A DNA stretch of 64,000 nucleotides, from positions 174,612-238,611 of the forward strand of contig JAFXUI010000001.1 of assembly GCA_017535105.1 (NCBI GenBank), in the 5' to 3' direction. Positions 36,521 through 45,491 of the stretch are shown here, piece after piece. This DNA is from Alphaproteobacteria bacterium (GTDB taxonomy: Bacteria > Pseudomonadota > Alphaproteobacteria > Rs-D84). The notes below the pieces were generated by a model. It was given only the letters and a program-made list of their open reading frames with translations, was not told where the DNA came from and ran no database searches. Numbering within the stretch: position 1 is the stretch's first letter; each line of letters opens with the position of its first letter. The position numbers and the translations under genes are program-made.

Positions 36521-36718
36521 ATGCATTTGGGTGTTTGGGAAATAGTCATAATTGTTTTATTAGTTGTCGTTTTGTTTGGATCGGCGAAGATCCCGGCAAT
36601 GATGAAAAACGTTGCCAGTGGGGTCAAGGTTTTTAAGCAAGAAATGAAGACCGAAGAAAAACCAGCGACACCAGCAAAAAAGGCGACCAAGAAAAAGAAT
36701 ACAAGTATTAAAAAATGA
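36521..36718 (+). CDS. tatA: twin-arginine translocase subunit TatA/E
   Basis: 65 aa. GVWEIVIIVLLVVVLFGSAKIPAMMKNVASGVKVFKQEMK is the TatA TM plus amphipathic helix signature. Confidence 0.9.
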   Translation: MHLGVWEIVIIVLLVVVLFGSAKIPAMMKNVASGVKVFKQEMKTEEKPATPAKKATKKKNTSIKK

Positions 36719-38118
36719 AAAAATTATTCGTCGTATTTTTTCTTGGGTGTATGACTGTTTGTAGTGCAGATGCAAGCATCTTGGATACTATAGGTAATGC
36801 AATAAAAAATTGGGGACAAAAAGTTGCGAATGCTGCTAATACCGCAGTTGAAAATTCATATACACTAAGCTCAGGAAACAGTAATTCTTGTTATGTACTT
36901 AAATCTTCTATTGAAACGATTCCATCAAAAGTTTGGTATTGTGGAAAACATAGTGGTTCCGCTTGTGGTTCATTTTCGCCAAAATCTGAAGATAGTAAAA
37001 TAGACTTTATGGAACCGTTGAAATATTTTGAGTATGGCGACAACTCTTATTATTGTTGTGATGCTAGTGTGTCACAACGGGGAAATTTTAAAATACACCC
37101 ATCTAGTGAAAAATATCCGGAAGAAAAGACACAAACAGTAGATGTTGGTGGTGGTACATGCAAACAGACAGTAAGTATTGACGCGTGCGGTAAAGAAACA
37201 AAAACACCTGCATGTGACGCGCCCACAGAATGTCCACAGGGTAGTGAGGTGCATAATAAAAAATGTGTGTTGAAATGCCCAGAAGGTCAACATTTTAAAA
37301 GTGATACATCGGACGAATGTGAACCAAACAAATTGAATTGTTCGGATACACAAGAAGAACACAATGGTCAATGTGTTGATAAATGTACCGGTGGAAAACA
37401 TTTTGAAAGTGCCACTTCTAATAAATGCGTTTGTAGTTCTGGAATGGTTGAAATCAGCGGTGTTTGTGAAACAAAAAAAACGTGTAGTGATAACGAAGAT
37501 TATATTGCAGCAACAAATACTTGTAAGGCAAAAGAAGTAGAGCAACAAGGTGGCAACAATAATGGTGACGGTGATACCCCATCAGCAGAGGTGACGTATG
37601 AATTTTTGTTTAATGATGCCAAATCTTGTTATGTAAAAAAGCCGAGTGATAAGTCAGACACGGAACTTTTCTGGTGTGGTAAACCAAGTACAAACAAATG
37701 TGGTGATTATAAACAATCGGATGTTGGGGTGTGGTCTGAAATAGATGATGGTGATGCCGGCACCAAAGATAACTATTGTTGCTGTGGTGGAACAGAATCT
37801 AAAGCAGGTGAATTCAGAAAGTGTACAACACCGGGAACAAGAACAAAAATTAAAAAAATCGGTGGCGGGTTGTGTCAATATACTGTCAAAGTAGATAGTT
37901 GCAACAGAGAAACAATAGAAAAAGATTGTAATACGCCAGATTCAACGTTAAGTGTTAGCGGAAAAATACCTGTAACAAAATCAAATATGCAAGAATGTGG
38001 TCTGTGTTCTGTCAAAGATGATTTCAAGACGTGTATATTAAATTCGTGTTATGAAAAGGATACAAAAGAAAGTGCGTGTACGTCAAAGTTAAAGGAAGCG
38101 TGTTTGATAAAGAAATAA
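36715..38118 (+). CDS. secreted cysteine-rich protein with EGF/furin-like repeats and an internal domain duplication
   Basis: 467 aa. ATG overlaps the tatA stop (ATGA). Signal peptide MKKLFVVFFLGCMTVCSA. About 38 Cys by hand count. Central CPQGSEVHNKKCVLKCPEGQHFKSDTSDECEPNKLNCSDTQEEHNGQCVDKCTGGKHFESATSNKCVC repeats. Terminator follows. Confidence 0.7.
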   Translation: MKKLFVVFFLGCMTVCSADASILDTIGNAIKNWGQKVANAANTAVENSYTLSSGNSNSCYVLKSSIETIPSKVWYCGKHSGSACGSFSPKSEDSKIDFMEPLKYFEYGDNSYYCCDASVSQRGNFKIHPSSEKYPEEKTQTVDVGGGTCKQTVSIDACGKETKTPACDAPTECPQGSEVHNKKCVLKCPEGQHFKSDTSDECEPNKLNCSDTQEEHNGQCVDKCTGGKHFESATSNKCVCSSGMVEISGVCETKKTCSDNEDYIAATNTCKAKEVEQQGGNNNGDGDTPSAEVTYEFLFNDAKSCYVKKPSDKSDTELFWCGKPSTNKCGDYKQSDVGVWSEIDDGDAGTKDNYCCCGGTESKAGEFRKCTTPGTRTKIKKIGGGLCQYTVKVDSCNRETIEKDCNTPDSTLSVSGKIPVTKSNMQECGLCSVKDDFKTCILNSCYEKDTKESACTSKLKEACLIKK

Positions 38119-38146
38119 AAAAACACCGCAAATGCGGTGTTTTTTA
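38117..38146. terminator. bidirectional intrinsic terminator (Cys-rich gene / dksA)
   Basis: AAAAAACACCGC-AAAT-GCGGTGTTTTTT between convergent genes. Confidence 0.75.
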
Positions 38147-38153
38147 CAACTTT

Positions 38154-38588
38154 TTATTCTTTACGTTGTTCATATTCTTCCTGTTCTTCAATGGTCATTG
38201 TTGCCAATGGTCGTGCCAACATACGTTGCAACCCGATTGGTTCGCCCGATACAACACTGTAACCATATGTGCCATTGTCCAAACGTGCCAATGCAGCATC
38301 GATTTTCTTTAACAGGTTGTTGTCGCGCTGACTCATACGCAAGTTCATTGTGATTTCTTGTTCGAACATTGCACTGTCAGATTCATCGCCAACGCCATCG
38401 TTGCTTGTTTTGTCCGCCATGCGCACCGAACTTAACACAGAATCGTTGCTTTGCATAAGTTCTTGTTTCTGGTTGTTCAGAATGTGATAGAAATATGCCA
38501 ACTGTTCCGGACACATATATGGTTCGGTCTTTTTCGGAACGTATTTTGGTGGTAATTCTATTTTCTTGAAATCTTTTTTTGTTGCCAT
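38154..38588 (-). CDS. dksA: RNA polymerase-binding regulator DksA (Cys-less zinc-finger region)
   Basis: 144 aa. Coiled-coil region with acidic tip (GDESDSAMFEQE) and C-terminal LDNGTYGYSVVSGEPIGLQRMLARPLATMTIEEQE, where canonical DksA has CxxC...CxxC. Confidence 0.85.
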   Translation of the reverse strand: MATKKDFKKIELPPKYVPKKTEPYMCPEQLAYFYHILNNQKQELMQSNDSVLSSVRMADKTSNDGVGDESDSAMFEQEITMNLRMSQRDNNLLKKIDAALARLDNGTYGYSVVSGEPIGLQRMLARPLATMTIEEQEEYEQRKE

Positions 38589-38589
38589 T

Positions 38590-38910
38590 TTACGATGCCT
38601 TTAATTCATTAATCCAATTGCCAAGGGTTTCTTCGTCCATAAGACCGGTGCGAGCCTCAACCAATTCGCCGTCCTTGAACGCCAAAACACATGGAATACT
38701 GCGAATGCCGTATTTTGCCGGAGTTTGACGGTTTGTATCGTCAATCTCGAATTTAATAAAATTTACATCAGTTAGTTTTTCAGATACAGACTCGAAAATC
38801 GGACCAAACATACGACAAGGACCACACCATACCGCCCAAAAGTCAACCAATGTTATGCCATTACCAATCATGCCTGCAAAGTTCGCATCGTTCGCGTGTT
38901 GTAGAGCCAT
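38590..38910 (-). CDS. trxA: thioredoxin
   Basis: Trimmed to MALQHANDANFAGMIGNGITLVDFWAVWCGPCRMF (106 aa) with AAGGGAGA SD. WCGPC active site. Confidence 0.9.
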   Translation of the reverse strand: MALQHANDANFAGMIGNGITLVDFWAVWCGPCRMFGPIFESVSEKLTDVNFIKFEIDDTNRQTPAKYGIRSIPCVLAFKDGELVEARTGLMDEETLGNWINELKAS

Positions 38911-38928
38911 TTTTTTCTCCCTTGGTTG

Positions 38929-38956
38929 TTGATATTCGGCCAAAGTGTATTATAAT
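38929..38956 (+). promoter_or_regulatory. sigma70-type promoter upstream of sufS-like operon
   Basis: TTGATA (38929-38934), 16 nt, TATAAT (38951-38956), in the trxA/sufS divergent intergenic region. Confidence 0.5.
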
Positions 38957-38984
38957 CGTCAAAAAAAGCAAGAGAAAACATAAC

Positions 38985-40088
38985 ATGAATAAAATCATAT
39001 ACTTAGATGCCGCCGCCAGTGCATTAAAGTCAAAATCGGTCATTGATGCGGAACGCGATTTTATCGAAAATTCGTATGCCAATACGGGGCGGGGTGTGTG
39101 TGCGCGTGCGGCCGCCGCGGACGCGATGCTTTATTCTGCGCGTAAATCGGTCGCGGACTTTATTGGTACCGATGCGTGTAATGTTATTTTTACATCGGGT
39201 ACCACGGACGCGATGAATCGCATTGTGAATATCGTGTGCGGGTCGCGTGATGTTGGTGTCGTTGCAGTTTCTGATATTGACCACCACAGCGCGCGTATGC
39301 CGTGGGAAAATGTTGTGCGGTTGGGGCGCGCAAAAATGGTCAAAATACCGCTGACTGAAAAATATGATTTAGATTATGAAAATATGCCATTCGCAGATGT
39401 TATGGTTATTACGGCAATGTCAAACGTGTTGGGTGTGCCCCAGGACGTTAAAAAAATTATTGCGGCGGCGCGTGCAAAAAATGCCAATGTAATTACGATT
39501 GTTGATGCGGCGCAATATGTGGCGCACGCACAAATTAATGTACGCGAATGGGGTTGCGACTTTATGTGCTTTTCGGGACACAAGATTGGCGCGAACACCG
39601 GTGTTGGCGTAATGTATATCAAAGATCCCGATTCTTATTCGCCAGACAAGTTTGGTGGCGGTATGGTACAAACAATATCGGGTGACGATTGGAATATAGA
39701 TGTATCACCAAATAAATTTGAGGCGGGTACATTGCCATTGACACAGATTGCCGGTTTACCAATTGCGATTCGTGAATGGAGTGCGTGGTCGGGTGGGGCG
39801 GATATCGTTTCATACATATATGATGAACTTACCAAAATGCCACGTATAAAACTGCTTACAAATCGTGATGCAAAAATAATTTCGTTTGTAATTTCGGATA
39901 TGCACATACTGGACTTTGGTGCGTTGATTGGTGCGAATGATGTATGTGTGCGTGTTGGAAATATGTGTGCGTCTTGGGTTCATAGTTTAATGGGAATTGA
40001 TGGCTCGGTACGTATATCGGTTGGACCATGGAACACAATGGACGAAGCACGTGCGGTTGTCGATATAATCAAAGGAATCTTGAAATAA
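38985..40088 (+). CDS. sufS: class V aminotransferase / cysteine desulfurase (SufS-like)
   Basis: Trimmed to MNKIIYLDAAASALKSK (367 aa). PLP-Lys motif FSGHKIG and C-terminal RVGNMCASW (candidate catalytic Cys). Followed by DUF59 and SufE genes. Confidence 0.75.
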   Translation: MNKIIYLDAAASALKSKSVIDAERDFIENSYANTGRGVCARAAAADAMLYSARKSVADFIGTDACNVIFTSGTTDAMNRIVNIVCGSRDVGVVAVSDIDHHSARMPWENVVRLGRAKMVKIPLTEKYDLDYENMPFADVMVITAMSNVLGVPQDVKKIIAAARAKNANVITIVDAAQYVAHAQINVREWGCDFMCFSGHKIGANTGVGVMYIKDPDSYSPDKFGGGMVQTISGDDWNIDVSPNKFEAGTLPLTQIAGLPIAIREWSAWSGGADIVSYIYDELTKMPRIKLLTNRDAKIISFVISDMHILDFGALIGANDVCVRVGNMCASWVHSLMGIDGSVRISVGPWNTMDEARAVVDIIKGILK

Positions 40089-40402
40089 TGTCGGTTACAT
40101 ACAGCGATATTGTTGATGCGTTAAAGCAAATATATGACCCCGAAATTCCGGTGAATATTGTTGAGTTGGGGTTGATATATGGTATTGATATTTTGGAAAA
40201 CGAAATCGTTGTGACAATGTCGTTCACCAGTCCAACATGTCCAATGATGGAAGAAATGTTGGCACAAATAAAAGAAAGTGTTATGGGGGTGGCGCATGGC
40301 GCGCCCGTGCGTGTAGAGTTGGTATGGGACTCACCATGGAACCTTTCTATGATGTCGGATACGGCACGTTTGGATTTAGATTTAACGAATCAGGGTTGGT
40401 GA
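40088..40402 (+). CDS. DUF59 (SufT/MIP18-type) Fe-S assembly protein
   Basis: Trimmed to MSVTYSDIVDALKQIYDPEIPVNIVELGLIYGIDI...SPTCPMMEEM (104 aa), the typical DUF59 signature. Start overlaps the sufS stop. Confidence 0.75.
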   Translation: MSVTYSDIVDALKQIYDPEIPVNIVELGLIYGIDILENEIVVTMSFTSPTCPMMEEMLAQIKESVMGVAHGAPVRVELVWDSPWNLSMMSDTARLDLDLTNQGW

Positions 40403-40407
40403 TTTTA

Positions 40408-40770
40408 ATGACGTATGATGAAATAAAAAATCTTTTGTCGGGTATTTCAGATGCGGCAACCAAATTGGAAGTGGTTATGGATATTGGTGCGCAATTGTCG
40501 CCGGTCCCAGACGGCGCGACGTGTAATGAAATTACGGGGTGTGCATCACGGGTTGAAATCTGTAGGTTGAAAAATCATTTTTATGGTACGGCCGATTCGG
40601 CGCTTGTTCGTGGAATTGTTGCGATAATGATTGCAATGGTCGATGGAAAAACAAACACAGAAATCAAGCAATTAGATTTATTGGGTATGTTTAATGCGTT
40701 AAATCTGAATCTGGGGGCGGGGCGATTGAACGGGGTTAATTCAATGATTCGCTTTTTACAGAATTTATGA
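40408..40770 (+). CDS. sufE: SufE-like sulfur acceptor protein
   Basis: Trimmed to MTYDEIKNLLSG... (120 aa). ITGCASRVEI (conserved Cys) and GRLNGVNSMIRFL are typical of SufE/CsdE. Confidence 0.75.
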   Translation: MTYDEIKNLLSGISDAATKLEVVMDIGAQLSPVPDGATCNEITGCASRVEICRLKNHFYGTADSALVRGIVAIMIAMVDGKTNTEIKQLDLLGMFNALNLNLGAGRLNGVNSMIRFLQNL

Positions 40771-40807
40771 TAAACTTATGGGGTAAGAATAAAATCGGGT
40801 ACGGGAT

Positions 40808-41095
40808 ATGAACGAAGACGAGAAAATGTATCGGATTGGTATTGCGGCAATTGTCGCCGCAGTGGTCATGACCGTTGTTTTACAGGTCTGTTATCGTACG
40901 CAAAATCGTGTGTTGAACAGTGTGCGCAAAGAAATCGCCGTAACGAATCAGCAAATTGCAATCAATGAAACAAAGTTCGCGGAATATGTTTTGCCTGGAA
41001 ACCTGCGCGACCGTGTCACAACAATTACACCACGTGCAGAAACAATCGGCTTTCACAAAAATATAACCGTTGATGAATTGGAGAATCGTAAATAA
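40808..41095 (+). CDS. ftsL: cell division protein FtsL-like
   Basis: 95 aa. Single TM helix (IGIAAIVAAVVMTVVLQV) then a coiled-coil-like stretch. Lies immediately upstream of, and overlapping, ftsI. Confidence 0.55.
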   Translation: MNEDEKMYRIGIAAIVAAVVMTVVLQVCYRTQNRVLNSVRKEIAVTNQQIAINETKFAEYVLPGNLRDRVTTITPRAETIGFHKNITVDELENRK

Positions 41096-42729
41096 TGCTG
41101 GAAGTTGGACACGATATCCTTAAACACAAATTGAAAGACGTGCGTGTGCCACGTGCGAATGCTGGTCGTGTTTCGTTTCTCTATTTTTTGTTCTGTTTGG
41201 CATTTTGTTTGTTCGTTGTCCGTACATTGTATTTAGGCTTTTCGGGTAATGAGGTTCGCCGATATAATAATGATACCGATATTGTTTCGCGTGCCGATAT
41301 TGTGGATCGGACCGGTAAAGATATTTTAGCCAAAGATATTATTTCGGGTCATATAACATTTCGACCGGCTTCGGTTGCAGACGAAGATAAAGATACTGTT
41401 GCAATATTTATTCACGATTTGTTGCCATATAAATATTCTGTTCGTGACGCCTTGGCGTTGGTCAATTCGGGACGTAAATTCATATATCTTGAGAAAAATG
41501 CCAGCGAAGAACATCGCAAGAAAGTTAAGAACTTACAGAAATATGGGTTTGATATTGAACCAGTGCAAATGCGCAAATATCCAAAGCGCCGTCTGTTTTC
41601 ACATGTCGTTGGTTTTGTTGGTGCAGACAATCATGGACTTGAAGGTGCAGAACGTACCTTTGATGAATATTTAACACAAAATGTTGATCCGTTGCGTTTG
41701 TCGGTTGATGCGCGTGTTCAATCGGTGGTGTATGAACAGCTATCAATCGCAATGAATAAATATGGGGCCAAGGGCGCGATGGGTTTGCTTATGAATTCGC
41801 GCACGGGTGAAATGGTTGCAATGGTGTCGTTGCCGGACTTTGACCCAGAAAATAAAAATATGGACCCGGTTGCAAATCGTTTGTTCAAGCCGATGCGTGC
41901 GCTGTATGAAATGGGTTCAACATTCAAAATATTTAACACTGCGTTGGCGTATGAAAACGGATTGCAAAACAGAACATATTATGTTGCACAACCGTACAAG
42001 GTACTGGACGCGCGGGGCAAGGTTGCAACAAAAATAGACGATGTGCGTTCGTTTAAACCGTCACACCCGAACTTTAATGCCGATGAAATAATGCTTCATT
42101 CGTGCAACAGGGGCAGTGCGCAAATCGCACTTGATTTGCCCGATGGTGCCCAGAAAGAATTTATGGAGCGTTTACATTTGGACGAAAAGTTGAACTTGGA
42201 ATTTGGTACAACTGAACGTCCGTTGATGCCGATTAAATGGGGACCGGTTGAACGTGCAACAGTATCATTTGGACACGGTATATCGGTGACACCGATGCAC
42301 CTGTTGCTTGCGGTGAACGCAATGACAAATGGTGGAATTTATGTTTATCCAACGTTACAAAAACGTGGGTTGGGTGCAATCAACGGTGAACGTGTTTTAA
42401 GTCCAGAGATATCCAGCAAGTTGCGTGAAATTATGTTCCGTATTACCGAAGAGACCAGTGGACAAAAAGCAAAAATCAAGGGAATTGAAATCGGTGGAAA
42501 AACCGCTACTGCGGAAAAACGTGATGCAACTGGCAAAATTGATAAAACACGTAATTTGACTTCTTTTGTAGGTGTTTTCCCAATAAATTCACCACAATAT
42601 GTTTTGCTTGTCATATTGGACGAACCAAAGGGAATCAAAGAAAACTTTAATTTACGTACGGCGGCACAAAATGCCGTTCCGACAGCGGGCAAAATACTTG
42701 ATGGAATACTGCCTTTGCTTTTTGAATAA
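41095..42729 (+). CDS. ftsI: peptidoglycan D,D-transpeptidase FtsI (class B PBP)
   Basis: 544 aa. N-terminal TM helix, SxxK (GSTFK), SxN (SCN), KTG (GGKTATAE). Confidence 0.9.
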   Translation: MLEVGHDILKHKLKDVRVPRANAGRVSFLYFLFCLAFCLFVVRTLYLGFSGNEVRRYNNDTDIVSRADIVDRTGKDILAKDIISGHITFRPASVADEDKDTVAIFIHDLLPYKYSVRDALALVNSGRKFIYLEKNASEEHRKKVKNLQKYGFDIEPVQMRKYPKRRLFSHVVGFVGADNHGLEGAERTFDEYLTQNVDPLRLSVDARVQSVVYEQLSIAMNKYGAKGAMGLLMNSRTGEMVAMVSLPDFDPENKNMDPVANRLFKPMRALYEMGSTFKIFNTALAYENGLQNRTYYVAQPYKVLDARGKVATKIDDVRSFKPSHPNFNADEIMLHSCNRGSAQIALDLPDGAQKEFMERLHLDEKLNLEFGTTERPLMPIKWGPVERATVSFGHGISVTPMHLLLAVNAMTNGGIYVYPTLQKRGLGAINGERVLSPEISSKLREIMFRITEETSGQKAKIKGIEIGGKTATAEKRDATGKIDKTRNLTSFVGVFPINSPQYVLLVILDEPKGIKENFNLRTAAQNAVPTAGKILDGILPLLFE

Positions 42730-42771
42730 ATTTAGATTATAATACTCTTGATAATAAAAAAAGAGTATAGA

Positions 42772-44535
42772 GTGAAGAAGATAGTGGAAAAATCCATGCT
42801 TGGTCGGGCGTGGGTTATAGATGCGTATGAAGATTCAGAGAATAATACGTATGCAAGCGACCATTTGGTTGAAAAGATTTTATCACAGCGCGGAATTACC
42901 GATCCGCGTGATGTCGAAGAATTCTTGAACCCCAGTATTAAATATATGCCAAATCCATCGACACTTACCGATATGGATGTGGCGGCGCGCATAATTGCAG
43001 ATGCTGTTTTGGCGCACGATAAAATCGCGATATATGGTGATTATGATGTTGATGGTATAACGTCCACCGCGATAATGATTAAATATCTGCGTGCGTTGGG
43101 GTGTGATGTAATTTGGCATTTGCCCACACGTGAAGGTGAAGGCTATGGATTAAACATCGCTGCGATTGATGAAATTGTTGCATCGGGGGCGAAACTGATA
43201 ATTACTGTTGATTGTGGTATAAGCGGTGTGGAAGAGGTTGCGCATGCCAAAGAAAAAGGTTTGCGTGTCATTGTGACCGACCACCATTCGCCAGATGATG
43301 TGTTGCCAAATGCGGACGCGGTTGTGAATCCAAAGCGTCATGATGACACATCGGGTTTGGAATATATGGCGGGTGTTGGTGTTGCGTTTATGACACTTGT
43401 TGCATTGCGGCGTGAATTAAAGTCGCGTGATATTGATAATGAATTACGTGAAAAAATTGAAAACACCGATTTGCGTGAATACCTGGATTTTGTTGCGCTG
43501 GGGACAATATGCGACACGATGTCACTTATTAAATTAAATCGTGCGTTTGTGACAACGGGCCTTAAAATCTTGAACCGGCGTCAGAATTTAGGTTTGCGTG
43601 TTTTAATGGACGTTGCGGGTGTTAAAAATGCGAACGTGTATACTGCGGGGTTTGTTGTTGGTCCGCGATTAAATGCGGCGGGGCGGCTTGATTCTGCGAC
43701 ACCTGCGCTGGAGTTGTTATTGACGGATAACCCATTGATTGCATCGGACCTTGCTAACAAGTTACACGAAATGAACCAGGAACGTATCGATATACAAAAT
43801 TCGATTATGTTGCGTGCAACAGAAATGGCAGACGAGTGTTGTGCATCTGGAAAACACAGTTTGTTCGTATGTGGCGATAATTGGCACGGTGGGGTAATGG
43901 GTATCATCGCGGGTCGATTAAAAGACAAATATAATTTACCATCATGTGTTGCGACAAAGTGCGATGGAATTATAAATGGCTCGGGTCGTTCAATTGCGTG
44001 TGTTGATTTGGGGTATATCATACATTCTGCATTGGCGGCGGGTATTTTAACCGAAGGTGGTGGCCACGCGGCTGCGGCTGGATTCTCATTGCCAGCGGAC
44101 AAAGAAACCGAATTTTGTGAGTTCCTGGAAAAATCGGTTTTGGAACAATTGAATGGTAAATCACCCGCAGGTGAAATTACAGTTGATGCGGAAATGGACG
44201 CGTCTGGGGCGAATATGAACCTGGTTGAAAAAATGTCTGTATTGGAACCATTTGGCCAGGGTAATCCAGAACCAACATTGGTGTTGCACGGCGGTTTGTT
44301 GCGGTTCGCAACGACTATGGGAAACGGTATGCACGTGCGTGGGGCGATTTCAACAAGCCGTGGTAACCAGTTGTCTTTTGTCGGATTTAATTTAGTTGGA
44401 ACGCCGGTTGGTGATTTTTTACTGGACGATGCGAATACAAACACTAAAATATCAGTATTAGGCAAGTTAAAGAAAAACGAATACAAAGGTTCGGTATCGG
44501 CACAGTTTTTGTTGGAAGATATCGCAATTGGATAA
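42772..44535 (+). CDS. recJ: single-stranded-DNA-specific exonuclease RecJ
   Basis: DHH motifs IYGDYDVDGITS, TVDCG, VTDHH, plus DHHA1 GGGHAAAAG. Start uncertain: GTG 42772 has an AAGAG SD, the track uses TTG 42748, and ATG 42796 is also possible. Confidence 0.9.
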   Translation: MKKIVEKSMLGRAWVIDAYEDSENNTYASDHLVEKILSQRGITDPRDVEEFLNPSIKYMPNPSTLTDMDVAARIIADAVLAHDKIAIYGDYDVDGITSTAIMIKYLRALGCDVIWHLPTREGEGYGLNIAAIDEIVASGAKLIITVDCGISGVEEVAHAKEKGLRVIVTDHHSPDDVLPNADAVVNPKRHDDTSGLEYMAGVGVAFMTLVALRRELKSRDIDNELREKIENTDLREYLDFVALGTICDTMSLIKLNRAFVTTGLKILNRRQNLGLRVLMDVAGVKNANVYTAGFVVGPRLNAAGRLDSATPALELLLTDNPLIASDLANKLHEMNQERIDIQNSIMLRATEMADECCASGKHSLFVCGDNWHGGVMGIIAGRLKDKYNLPSCVATKCDGIINGSGRSIACVDLGYIIHSALAAGILTEGGGHAAAAGFSLPADKETEFCEFLEKSVLEQLNGKSPAGEITVDAEMDASGANMNLVEKMSVLEPFGQGNPEPTLVLHGGLLRFATTMGNGMHVRGAISTSRGNQLSFVGFNLVGTPVGDFLLDDANTNTKISVLGKLKKNEYKGSVSAQFLLEDIAIG

Positions 44536-45489
44536 ATGAAAAAGAACGTAAAGATTTTTGATGAAAAATTGCGCGGTGCTAAAAACATCGTGATTATGGC
44601 GCATAAAAATCCAGATGGTGATGCGCTGTGTTCGGTGTTGGCAATGGCGCGTTTGATTGAAAAGAATTATGGAAAAAAATGCGTGTGTCTGTATGACGGT
44701 AATGTGCCAGATTATTTGGACAATGTGCCGTTGCGAAATCGTGCGTTGTATTGGGACAAGGTGAAAACGTCCAAGTCATTTGATGTTGCGATTGTGTTGG
44801 ACTATGGCGCAGAGCATCAAATTGGTGGACCGATTGATGCACTGAAAAATGCTAAGTTTGTCGTTGAAATCGACCATCATAAAAACGATAAACCAATTGC
44901 AGATTTGTGTTTGAATGATGCGACCGCAGATGCGGCGGCGATTGTTTTATATAACATTATGCGCGATGCGGGGTGGTCGGCCGATGTGGAAACGTTGGAA
45001 CTTTTGGCGATTGGTATTTTGACCGATACGGGTAATTTCAAGTTCGCGAAAAAGCCAGAAACGTTATCGGTGATGTCGGACCTGGTACGTGGTGGTGTGA
45101 TAATTCGTAACCTTGTCGAAATTATGAATAACAAATCGCGCAAGGCTATTTTGGTTGAAGCACGCGCGGCCGGGAATGCGGAATTTTTCTATCGTAATAA
45201 ATTAGCAATTGCGACAATTTCACGCCGTGACTATCGTGATATGGACGGACGCGGTGAAACGGTCTTGAATATTTTGGGACAAATCAAGGGCGTTGAATAT
45301 GTTGTTTTGTTAAAGGAACAAAAAGAAACACAAATCGGAATTTCAATTCGCAGTCGTGGTGCCGCGATTGATAAAATTGCTGAAAGTTTTGGTGGTGGTG
45401 GACACGCGATGGCGGCGGGTGCCGTTGTGCGTGGTGATACACTGGAAAACGTTAAGGCAAAGATAATAGAAGCGTTTAAGGGAATGTAG
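44536..45489 (+). CDS. nrnA: DHH-family phosphoesterase (NrnA-like oligoribonuclease/pAp phosphatase)
   Basis: 317 aa. HKNPDGDALCS, DHHKN, GGGGHAMAAG. Confidence 0.8.
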   Translation: MKKNVKIFDEKLRGAKNIVIMAHKNPDGDALCSVLAMARLIEKNYGKKCVCLYDGNVPDYLDNVPLRNRALYWDKVKTSKSFDVAIVLDYGAEHQIGGPIDALKNAKFVVEIDHHKNDKPIADLCLNDATADAAAIVLYNIMRDAGWSADVETLELLAIGILTDTGNFKFAKKPETLSVMSDLVRGGVIIRNLVEIMNNKSRKAILVEARAAGNAEFFYRNKLAIATISRRDYRDMDGRGETVLNILGQIKGVEYVVLLKEQKETQIGISIRSRGAAIDKIAESFGGGGHAMAAGAVVRGDTLENVKAKIIEAFKGM

Positions 45490-45491
45490 AA

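Noticed and set aside
38850-38984. 5' extensions of the sufS-like ORF and likewise of the DUF59 (40028) and sufE (40237) ORFs
   Set aside because: The extensions overlap the preceding or opposite genes (trxA, sufS, DUF59) and lack homology. Family-typical N-termini start at 38985, 40088 and 40408.
42742-42768. Inverted repeat ATACTCTT-N11-AAGAGTAT after ftsI as a terminator
   Set aside because: AT-rich 8-bp stem with an A-rich loop and no T-tract. It overlaps candidate recJ start and SD sequences, so it is more likely incidental or a minor translational element.
43581-44588. 335-aa minus-strand ORF
   Set aside because: Antisense to recJ, whose DHH/DHHA1 motifs are on the plus strand. Shadow ORF.
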